Shown here: one piece after another, positions 15,626-26,823 of the stretch
Layout of the letters: each line of letters begins with the position of its first letter
How positions within the stretch are numbered: position 1 is the stretch's first letter
NCBI GenBank assembly: GCA_943704425.1
Contig: CALSCP010001157.1
Location: 32,307-68,552 of the forward strand
Reading direction: 5' to 3'
DNA length: 36,246 nucleotides
From: Ministeria vibrans ATCC 50519
Taxonomy: Eukaryota > Protista > Filasterea
The notes under the pieces: generated by a model
Databases searched by the model: none
What the model saw: the letters and a program-made list of their open reading frames with translations, nothing else
Told to the model about the DNA's origin: nothing
Made by a program: the position numbers and the translations under genes

Positions 15626-18600
15626 CTAGAGACTGTCAATGTCAATCGTGTCCGTGTCATATGCGTCGTCATCGTCGTCGGTATCTGCACCCGCCAGACA
15701 TACACTATACTGCCCGTCATCGTCCAGCACGACGGGCGACAGCGACGGCGGACCGTCGCCGGTCGCGTACATCCCGTCGTGAATGTCATCGTCGTCGTCC
15801 TCGCCATCCGTCGAGTCGCTCTCGTCGTCGTACTGGTCACTCGCGCGCGCTTGTCTTCCACCTGCCACTCTTCCGTCTCCGTCGCTGTCCTCTTCCATGA
15901 GCATCATCGTGCTGTGACTCCCATAGAAACTGCCAGCCCCCATGCTGGTTGTGCCGGCAAAGCGATGTCGTCGACGCGGCGCCCCACCACTCGTCGTTGC
16001 CTCGCGCGCACTATCGCCGTTGGTGCTCTTGCGCACAACACCATCCGCAAGATCAAAGAGCGTCTCTGTGGCGTCCAGACCCGATCGCGCACTGCTGTTG
16101 CTCTGGTGCTTCCATGCGTCTGCCAGCCAGTCTTCGTTGTCGTCGTCGTCGTCGTCGTCGTGGCCACCCTTCCCACCCACAATGGGATTGACCAGTGCCG
16201 AGCGCAAGTCAAACTCCTGCTCCGAATTCAACGCCCGTTGCGCCGTAATAAACGGTACTGGCTCATCGGGCACGGTACTGCTGTCGCTCCCGTCGTACAC
16301 TTTGAAGGTAAACTGCGGACCCATCCAGAGGGGACGCGAACTCGACGGATACGACTCGATGACGGCGTGTCGACGCCAGGCGTTGCTCTCTGAGCCCTCA
16401 GCACGCACCACAGTTGTCGTTGTACCGTTCCCATTGTACTCATTGCGCGCCACGGTACCGCCACGCGCGCCAACCAGTGGTTGGCCAGTAGGCGTCACGG
16501 TGGGACCAAAGACAAGATCTGCATTCATCTGGACCATCGCCCACTCACGCTGGCGACAAACATCCCACTCGAGCACTCGTCGGCAGTTGAGTGCGAGCGA
16601 CGACGCCGCTGTGCCACGCAGTGCAGCCACGGACGACACCGCGGCCAGTAGGCGTGATGCAGCTGAACTTGCATTGGCCCGACGACTCGCCGGCGACCGT
16701 GTGTCCTGCGACCGCTCCACCTTGTGGGGCGCCAGCTCGTAGCTACGCACTGTGCCGTCGTAGGCAGCAACAAGTAAACGGGGGGCGCCACCAGGGGCGC
16801 CACGCACAAAGACTGCCGACACCTGCGTGACCATGTTAGAGAGCATGTTGACTCGGCGCGTACGGGGCATTTTGAGGACGGCAGCTGCAGCAGAGGAGAC
16901 GGCCGCGGTGGGAGCATACACGCGAGACTGTGCCAATGCTGCGTCGTCGTCCGGCATGGGGTTGAGGTGGGGGCGTGCTGCTGCTTGGCGACTGCGTCCA
17001 CCTGCATTTCCTCTTCCTCCTTCTCCTCGTGCGCTCACTGTCGTGTGTGTGGTTGTAGCAGCGGCGGCGGCAGCAGCAGCCAGCAGCGCCAAGTCGTCGT
17101 GGTCGGCCTTGTAGGGGCTCTGATGGATGCGGGTGAGAGCATGGACAGTGACGAGGGGCGGTGGGCGATGATTGAGCAGCTCGACGCCCGCATGATCGTC
17201 GTTAGGCAGCCGATGAGGAATATGGGTCGTCGCAGTGGAGGAACCGCCACGAGGAAGAATGGGATAGACATGGGACGTGCCGCGTGTGGTTGTCACGGTG
17301 ACCCAACGGCTGTCCGGCGAAAAGCAGATGCCTTGCACGACGGCACTGGTGATGCCGCGACGCAACTTGTACAGCTGTCGCACCTGTACATCTACGTGCG
17401 GTGCAGTGCGGCGTGAAGGCACGTCAAGCTGCTGCTTGGAGGGCGCCAATTGAAACACATTGAAGCCATGGCCGTGGGTGGACGCAGTGACAAGCAGTGT
17501 ACCGCTTGGATCGAATGCCATGGCCGAAATGGGATGTCGCATGGCCCCGAAATTCACCACTACTTTCGAGTCGTCACTCAGCTCAATGTCACGCACAATG
17601 ACAGTGCCTTCAAACAACTCCACATCCGCCTGAGCCTGAGGTGCCTGAGACAGTGCAGATGCAGTAGTCGACGAAGTGGGACGCGCCGAAGCGGACGCAC
17701 CACCAGCAGCAGTACTATCAGTTCCATTTGGACCATGTTCACTGCCTAAATACGATACAACCCGCTGCATTCCCATGTCACCTAACAAAAAAAAATCGTA
17801 CAAAGAATAAGCAAACAGTTGATAATAATAATTATTGTTAACAATATAATTATATTATTATAATTATTATTACTATAATAATTATTATTATTAAACTTTC
17901 ATCTTCATCTTTATCTTCTTTTTTTGAGTTTCTCGTTTTTGTTTTTTGTTTTTTTTTTTGTACCCCATGAGAGAAGTGTGTTAGCAACGCGAGAAGCCTG
18001 AGACACGATGGAAACGTGAGGATCGTCGTCACCGTCGTCCTCGGCAAAGGTGCGGTAGGTTTCGGAGGAGACACCAGAGCCGACGGATGGTCTTCCGTGA
18101 GACGAAGAGGTAGGAGACGCCGCTGCTGCGGGCGGTGCTGTTGTTGTTGTTGGTGTTGTAGCATTGTTAGTGGAGGCGGCAGGCTTCGCGGAAACGGGCC
18201 TGCTATTGTGGGGTCTGCGTGCCATGGGACGACGACCTGTGCTGGCGATGTAACGGGAGCCGAGGGCAAACGGATTGACGTTGACTGCGGTGCGGGGTGA
18301 CGGGTAGCAGTCGTCAAAGGCAAAGCGCAAGCGCAGACTGTCGGCGTCACACACGTATATCCATTTGCGAGTGGACACGACAACAACACGGCGGTTTGAG
18401 GCGATGCCATAGATCATGTAGCGGAATTTGAGTTCATGAACAGCCTTGTGCTGACGCAACGAGTGCATCACGACCGTGTTGGGTGCACGGGGATCGTCTG
18501 AGACAAGTGCAATCAATGGACGAGCATTGGCAAACGGATCGGCACCGTACTCGTGCAAGGAGGGAGCCGCAACCATGTGTGCAAACTAGATGAGTTGGCA

Positions 18601-19585
18601 CGACACACACATTTATTATTATTACAGATACCACAGCAAAGTGAGAAAAACAAACAGCGGAGACACACAAGAGACGTCGTCAAACACACAGCACTCACCT
18701 TGACGGGGCCGTCGCGACACGAAGCAATCTCGTGGAAATGTGTGCTGTCCGACACATCCCACACTTGCCAGCCGTTGACATAGCCGACAACCAGAACTTG
18801 CAGGGCCCCCACGCTGCCCGTGTCGTCTGCCGGCCCTTGGTCGACCGTCTGAAAACTCGTCCATATCACCTGCAGTCGTTCAAGCAAGGAAAGGGAGGCG
18901 CGACAAAGAGAAACAGAGTGAGGAGAGGGCAAAGAGATTGGTGTGACGAAAAAAAAAAAAAAAAAAACGCGATGCTGGTGACTACACTCACGAGGGCGCC
19001 AGTGTGTGTCTCACTTGTACCGAGAGTCATTACTGAAAAACGCAATAGTGTACAGGGAGAGATTGACGAGGGAGGTGGTCTACAGAGCAAATGTCACAGG
19101 TCGCGTGAGGCGGGAGGGGGAGAGAAAACGAAAGGGAAGCTGGAGAGACACATCTTGAGCAGAAATAGCGAAAACGATGAACTTGGGACGGGCAAGAGAC
19201 AAGTCGACCGAGTCAAAAGTGGGCCGTGCGGGAATATATGACGCTGCACAAGAGACCAACACACTCTATGGTAGTATGCAGAGACGTGGACGAGGCAGCG
19301 GTGCGTCGGCGTGCAGCGTGGTGGGGGATGGTGTGCGAAAAGAGTTGCGAGCAACGACGCAAACCCTAACCCTACGATTCCCACCTTGTCCGTTCTTGCG
19401 CGTCTCTCGGCATTCGCATCGGCCATCGGCACTCCTGTGAGCGCTGCACTTGCGCTTGTCAGGGTGCTCTGCACGGCGCCCGAGATCATCGAGAAGACCG
19501 AATCCTGATCAGCATCACGACCGCGCACGCGCATTCCCGCCGGGCCCGTCAATCGTACATGGCCTGTGACACCACGACTGGTCAT
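15626..19585 (-). CDS. BCAS3: BCAS3 / Rudhira-like (ATG18-related) WD40 beta-propeller protein
   Basis: VLVVGYVNGWQVWDV, NVNPFALGSRYIA, HPISAMAFDPSGTLLVTAS, LYKLRRGITSAVVQGICFSPDSRWV..TTRGTSHVYPI and RPLWMGPQFTFK. The start at 19585 is inferred. Confidence 0.9.
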
Positions 19586-19942
19586 AATCAATGACAACAA
19601 AAAAGAATGTTTTAACTTTTATTTAAATATTTTTATTTTTTAAAAGTTTGAATAACTTGTTTCTTCCTTTCTTTCTATAAGTCGAGAAGTTCAGAAGGAG
19701 GCAAGTAGCGGATAACTCAGGAGAGGCGAAGAGACGGAGACTGGTTACAGGTAGCAGAATGGCGAAGAAACTGTGCAAAACCTGCTGGTTAATGAGAAAA
19801 GTAGAAGAGAACTGATTTGATCGTAAAAACTGTGAAACTGAGAAACTCTCAATGTAAATTATTTTCAATTTTATTCCCCGCCACTACAGACGCCTCATCT
19901 TCACCAGCTGAGCCGTCGAAACATCTATAGTTTACCTAGTGC

Positions 19943-22900
19943 ATGGAGGTATGCTTAACCTGGATCCTTTCACGTTCCTCTGTGTTTTGTCGTCTCTTTT
20001 TTTTTTTTTAAACTTCTGGTGACGTCGTTACTTTTGCCTGAGAACTCACTTGTGCGCAGCCCACAGCGCGCATGCGTCTGGCCGCACGGTCTTACGGCAG
20101 CATGCAGCAACTGCACGTGGCCATGGCGAGGCCCCCTACGCCTCCGTGGGGTGTCTCCACCGCATTTGTTTAGTTTGCTTGTCTGTGTTCTCTAAATATC
20201 CCTTGGCGGGCGCACATCAGCCATTCCGGCGCGCGCCGACGCCCCCAGACGGCCACGGCGTACTGAGTGCCAGCCCAGACACCCGCGACAATGCCGCGGA
20301 ATGGCCTGCGTGTGTCCCTACTGCGCTGGTTTATTTTTAATCACTCTCTGCGTTGTGCTTGTGTTGGCGACGAGCCCTCTCGTGATGCAGCGCAGCCGCG
20401 CGCCCTGCCTCGGATCCCCTGCATTAGAGCGCGTGCTGTCCCAGTCGACCCTGGACTGTTGCTGCGTCTGAGTTGGGTTTGTGCTTTTTCCGTTTCCTAT
20501 TCGTTTTGCTTCTTTTTTAAAACTATCTTTGTTTCTTTTTGTGTTCTTTTTTCGGGGGTTGTCAGGCTGTCTACCCTCAAGCGACGTGTGTGTGTTGTTG
20601 TGTGAAGCACCACAGTGTCATGCCTAGACTCGCACACTGCACTTCGTCCATTTGGGCATTGAACTTGATCTGTTGACCTTTCCCTTTTTACTCTCGTTTG
20701 TTTTCTTCATCCATGATGAGTATGATTGGTCTTCGTCTAACTATTATATTTTTTCCATTCTGCTCAGGAACCCTCGTCACCTGGAACCAGCCGAACACCC
20801 ATTGCTCAACCTCCCGAGTGGCTCTACGAACGCAAGCGAACATACGGCGGGATGATGGATGATACAGATGAAATGGAGCTCAACGAGCGACAGTCACAGG
20901 CGACTGCAATCACCATGACGCCGCAGGGCGACGACGACGATGACACAGACGATGGCGATCCCGCTGTTGAAGTGACTGAGTTTGGTGCCGCTGCCAGTGC
21001 AACGGATTCGCCCAGAACCAGAGAGGTAATGCGCAGTCGAAAGTCATTGATCACACTCAAAATTCTTCTTCAATCCGTTCAGAGACGAAGGAAGCTCCTT
21101 GTCGATCCCCATTCGGCGGGCTTCCAAAAGGTTGAGAGTCGCGGAAGCAGTGCTGTTGCTCAAATGGAGAACCGTGCAAGTGATCCGTCTGCCGCTGTGC
21201 GTCTCAACAAGAACATTGCCACGACACCCTTCCACAAAGTGTAAGCTCAAGGGCATACATCTACTACTAGTTTGACCGTCTTACTTTATGTTTTCTTCCT
21301 CTCTCTTTTTTTTCTCGGATGGGGTTCTCTCAGACGAATGAATGAACAAGTGATCCGGCACTCGGTGGCGACGGGTGACGACGAGGAGGACGATGATTTC
21401 GACGTCAGTCCGTACCCCACCAAGCGCGGTCAGTCGGTCCGTCGCAGCAAACGTCGTCACTCGCTGATGCGCTCGGCGACCATCAAATCATTGCCTGTCG
21501 ACATTGAGAATGCTCCCTTCTCGTCGGCCCACCAGAGCCGCGGTGTGCAAGTGTCTTTTAACGAAGTCGCTCCGGGACGCTTCGTGCTACCCTCCGAGCG
21601 GCTGTACCACGACGAAGAAGGCGTCGAGCGGGTTGAGGCACTCTCGGGGTCCGTTGCAAAAGTCTTGCGCAAGGAGTACGGCAAGAAGAGTACGGAAAAG
21701 GTCGAGCGACTTCGCATTGAGAGGATGCGCGCCAGTCCCTTTGCGACCACTGGAACGTCACTCAAGAATCTTATGCGCGACAAAGTAGGAAACAGCTGTT
21801 GGTGTTGGGTGTTTGTTACTCACTGCTTTTTATGTTTTTGTTTTGTTATGTGTGTTTGTTTGTGTGTATGTGTGTGTGCTGTGTGTATAGTCATTGTTGG
21901 ACGTTCAAGGACACGCACATTCGGGAATGCAGACAATTGGGCGAAATGTAGAGCAGGTGAACCGACTGCACGAGCAGATGGAGAAGGAGGAGGCAATGCA
22001 ACGTACGGGCTGCTGGGGCAAACTTAAGGTGGCGGCCAAGCGCATTGCGCGACGCATTCGCGGACGCAAGCAAAAGGTTTGCACGCAGTATCAGGACACA
22101 ACCTCACTGAAAATACCTCACACCAACTCTTTATTCTTTCTTTCTCTATCCCCTTTTTGCTCGTCTTTTTTTTTTCTCTCTGTCTGTTTACATTAGGATC
22201 CGGTGCCGTTGTGGCGTGCGTCCATCAAGGCAGTGGAGAGCAAGCTGGGCACGGCTGTTGCCAGTTTCTTTGTGTTTATGCGTTGGGTCTTCTTGCTCAA
22301 CGTCTTCCTTTCGTGTCTCTGGTTTGGCGCTGTCATTCTGCCGCAGCTTGCCAGTCCTGTCAAGCAGAACCACACAACGACGAGCTTTGATGCATGGACT
22401 CTCTTTGTCGGAGAGGTATTGTTTTACAATGTGTGTGACAAAAAACGAATTCTCATGGATGCGGCATCTTTTTTTTTTCTCTATTAGGGGTACTTGGAGG
22501 ACAGCGAAATGTTTTACGCGGGCTATCTGCCAACGCTGTTCTCCGGCGAGTTTAACATGGGCGTGTCGTACACGCTCACCATTGGCGTCATGTTCCTCGT
22601 GAGTTTCTTTGTGATTGTGCGCACTGTGTCGCGCAACTTTGGAAAACTGCGTGACTCGACAACTCTCGTGGCCCGCGATTCGGAGTACCCCTTTTCGGTG
22701 GCCGTTTTTTCGTCGTGGGACTACTCGCTGTGCAGCGCAAAAGGGTTGGGACACTTATCGGATAGCATTGCAAGTACACTACTGGAGCTGGTGGAAATCA
22801 AGGAGGCCATCGAGGTCAAGGTGACGCAGAAGGAGCGCCGCCGTCTCATTTTCCGCCGCATCTGCACCAACATTCTCTGCCTTCTCATTATGGGTATTCT

Positions 22901-24287
22901 ATTATAGGACACACAAGCGTCCGTCTCTTGCTCACTTTTTTTTTTTTTGTTTTTGGTGTTTCTGTGTTTTAGGCGCATTGGCGTATGGAATTTATTCGCT
23001 GATTGAGTGGCAGAATGCCAACCAGACCAACACACTCGTCTCCATTGGGTCGTCGCTTCTCATTTCATGCATCTCTGCCGGTGGGCCTATCATGTTTACT
23101 CTCATCACCAACAAGGAACTCTACGTCAAGACCGAGACAACTGTCAAGGTACATACGCGTCACATTGTGTCCAATGTTATGCGAATTATGTTTTTTTTTT
23201 TTTTTAGGTGATCATGTTGCGCTCATGGGTGGTAAAAATGGGAGTTGTACTGTCGGTCATTATCTCGGTGTGGCGTCAGGACGATGGTACAGTGTGCTGG
23301 GTGAATCGCATTGGTCTGCAATACTATCGTCTGGCCCTCGCCGACATTGTCATTAACACTGTCGCGACACTCTGGACCGGCTTTGGCTATCGCATGATCA
23401 ACCGCCGTTGCTGTGGCGGCGACCGCATTAAGTTTGGTAAGCCGACGAGTTAGATGAGGGGGAGAAATGAGGAGAAAGAGATAAGGGAGGGAGAAAGGAG
23501 GAGAAAGAGATAAGGGAGGGAGAAAGAAGCAAAAGGAGCGTGACAAAATGGAGAGATCGAGAGAGAAAATGAATAGAGACAAAGTGATAAATGGAGAGGG
23601 AAACCGCACTGTTTTTGACACATTTGACTGTATGACTTGCTTACGCCCCAATTTGTACTTTTGTAGACATGCCGAAGAATGTGCTTGAAGTTGTGTATCG
23701 TCAGGCGGTCATCTGGATCGGCACGTCGTTCTGTCCGATTCTGCCGGGCATTGGTCTCATCTCGTTTACCATCATGTTCTTCGTCAAGAAACACACCTAT
23801 CTGCGCACTGCCATGCTGCCCTTGCGCTACTACTCTGCCTCACGCTCGTCCACCTTTTTCATGGTCACGCTCCTTCTCTCGCTCATTGTTGTCTTTATTC
23901 CCGTCGGCTTCATCGTTGCAAAGTAAGTCCCCCTGTTTGCCTTGTCTGTTTCCGATGCGCCCTCTCATTCATTTTTCTCCTTATCGCAGCACGGACACCA
24001 TGTGTGGCGCACACAACAACATTGCGTCGATGTGGCAGGCGATCCCGGACACGGTGACAACGTGGCCCTCCTGGCTCATTTCCATCATGGACTACCTCTT
24101 CACCGTCGCCTTTCTCGTGCCGCTCTTCATCCTCCTCTGCGCTCTCGCTTACTACCAGCGCGCCATCCTCAAGCGCCACAAGCTCACCATGGCTGACATG
24201 GCCTTTGCCCTTGAGCTCGAGCGCGAAGACAAGCGTTTCCTCCTTCGTAACGTGGATCTTTCCAAGCTCGACAACCAGCAGCAGTAG
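19943..24287 (+). CDS. TMC: Transmembrane channel-like (TMC family) protein
   Basis: LWRASIKAVESKLGTAVASFFVFMRWVFLLN, VFSSWDYSL, CWVNRIGLQYYRL and FDMPKNVLEVVYRQAVIWIGTSFCPILP, with many TM segments. The first coding exon ATGGAG|GT (19943-19948) is in frame with the acceptor at 20767; the start is less certain than the body. Confidence 0.9.
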
Positions 24288-24358
24288 TATTATTTTTTTA
24301 GTTAACATTCTCAATACGCTTGTTTGTTACTGTGAACAATCGAACACATTATTTGAAC

Positions 24359-26171
24359 TTAAGACACACCATTCATTCTCTTCGTTACCAAGACATTCTT
24401 CTCCGCATCAGACTGCTCTCCCCCCTCACTCTCCGTTGCTCGTGCTGCGTCACACCCTGTCGCTTGTTCCGTCTCGTCCTCGGTCGTTTGTTCCGGCTTG
24501 GTCTCCGAGTCCGTACTCCTCCCTTCGTCCTTCCCCGTCGCACTGTCAGAGCCGCCTTGCTTGTGCTTCTTCCGGCCCGACCGCATGTCGCGCTCCATCT
24601 CAGCCGTCTTCTTCGCTTCCGCCGACTGTGGCAGTGGCTTCAACACAGTCGCAAACCCATTCCGCCCAAAGTCCCGAATTTCCGTCTGACGTGATGGAGT
24701 ACACCTATGCACGACGCAATAAAAAAAAAAGAAGAAGAGGGTCAAGGGCAAAACGAGAGGAATACAACGGGTCACGTACAGTGCCTCGACACGACGTGCC
24801 ACGCGGTGCAACATCTCGTGAATGGTGTCCTGCCGCACTTGCTCGCTGAGATCACGCCGTCGCTTCATTTGTACATACACGAAACAGCGCTTGCCCTTTC
24901 TCAAGAAATCTTCCAACTGTTTCACCTGTAGTCCAATCAAACCAAAAAGTGAGAAGAGTTAGATAAATTACACTAATTATAAGAATTATTATTATTATTA
25001 TTAAAAATAATTATTATACATATTTTTATATATTAATAATACTGATACATATTTTATATTGAAGAGATATAGGTAGTTGATTTCATGGAGAGATAGATGG
25101 TGAGGTGAAAAAGAAAGAAAGAGGAAAAAGAAAAAAAAAAACAAAATAAAGAAATAAAATAATTAATACAATTATAGAAAGACACTAAGACGGTTCGTTC
25201 TGAAACTTGAGAATGTGCAATACCTTAACGTTGAGATCGTGTTCGCTGGTGATGGTTTTGAGGTGTACTGCTTTGGCTCCAATGGGTGTCCACGGGTCGT
25301 CCAATCCTATTTGCGCTTCCAGCTTCTTTTTCTCTTCCGCTCGCTACACAAAACACGCCAGAAATCGCCAAGTAAGTGCCTCGGGGTTGTAATTCAAAGC
25401 GTTCCGTCATACGTCGTGTTTGATGCGTGCATCAAAATCCGATTTAGAGTACAGCCGTACAATCACTGAGGAGTCTTTGGTAGCGCCCACTTGGCAAGGA
25501 ATTCCTCTGCAACACACATACATGTACACATTACACACACGAGTGCACAAATGAGACGATCGCCACAATATTATTGTACTTGTGCTCATGGGCTTCTCTG
25601 CGAGCATCCTCGACTGTTTTCAAGTCAGGCATTATTTTGCCGTCCATACCAACGACACGGGCGAGTGTGGACCCTGGCACACGCTCAAGTTTAACGGCGG
25701 TTAGCTAAAGCACAATATACATACAAATATAAACGATCAGAACACACAATGCATCCACACACGACAGAGACAGAGACAGAGAGAGCGACCGACCGTCCCT
25801 CATCGGTGTTGACTTGTACCTCAATTGACGTTGGTCCTGCATCCTCCTCTAATCTGGACATCTGCCAACCACAGAGGCACGAGAAGTGAAGAGTCAGTCA
25901 ACATACATCCACACGCACACACACACACAGGCGGACACTCACCAGAAATTCGTGTTTCTTTTTCAAAAGGAGTTTCTACAGCAAAGGGACGACAGTCAAA
26001 ACGACTCTCACTCCTTTGCGACGGGCGTACTTTCTTGCTTGGGGCCCAAGCGTAGTGCTGGACAGGCGCAAATGGCAGCAGTGCAGCTAGACCCCGCCTC
26101 GTCGACAGGGCTGGGGCAGCCGTGGGGCAGGCGCGAAGAAACGGCGAGACGCGTCGCAGGACAAAAAACAT
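24359..26171 (-). CDS. MTIF3: Probable mitochondrial translation initiation factor IF-3
   Basis: Arg-rich presequence-like start MFFVLRRVSPFLRACPTAAPALSTRRGL. IF3-N-like ARVVGMDGKIM...VEDARREAHEH. IF3-C-like KAVHLKTITSEHDLNVKVKQLEDFLRKGKRCFVYV. Acidic low-complexity tail. Confidence 0.65.
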
Positions 26172-26823
26172 TGGGACCTGAAAAGACGAAAGAGGATTGA
26201 GAAAGTGTGCGAGTAGAGCGCACGGGGAACAGAGGATGGCAGTATCCTTGAACATGCGTCAGATGACACGCCATAGAAGGGTCGGCATGAGCTGCAATGG
26301 AGGGGCGCGACCGGGTCCGCCCGACAGCTTTGCGAGCGGGCAACCAGCCCCATTCAGAGCGAATCAGGGCGCGCCCGCCTGGCTGATATGATTCTTCATA
26401 GCAATGAAAAAGGAGGAAGCGACGAGAGGTCGAAGAGAGGGGAAACAACGTACGTTTGAGCTGACTGTATCAGCACGAAAAATATTAGAATTCATTATGA
26501 ATCGATATTAATCGATTCGTGTTTAATAATTCGACAATCAATTCATGTCAAAGGCAGTATTGTGCTTCTCTGTGTTTTGTATATTTAATATTGTCTTGTT
26601 TTGATATTGACTACAGCTCTCGATTCTCTATTAATATAATATAATTTTTTCTAAATTGGATAATCGATTCGTGTCTAACTTATTGGGAACTTCTTCTTCT
26701 TCTTTCATTTTCTACTTCCTTCTCAATTACTTCGTCGACAAGAGAGTGTTGCGCTTGTTCATTGTTGGTGTGAGATGTTTATACAAAAGTAAAAAAAAAA
26801 GAAAATACCAGGTTACGTTGAGG

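Noticed and set aside
15779-17749. Several long + strand ORFs antisense to BCAS3
   Set aside because: Shadow ORFs of GC-rich coding sequence with no recognisable motifs.
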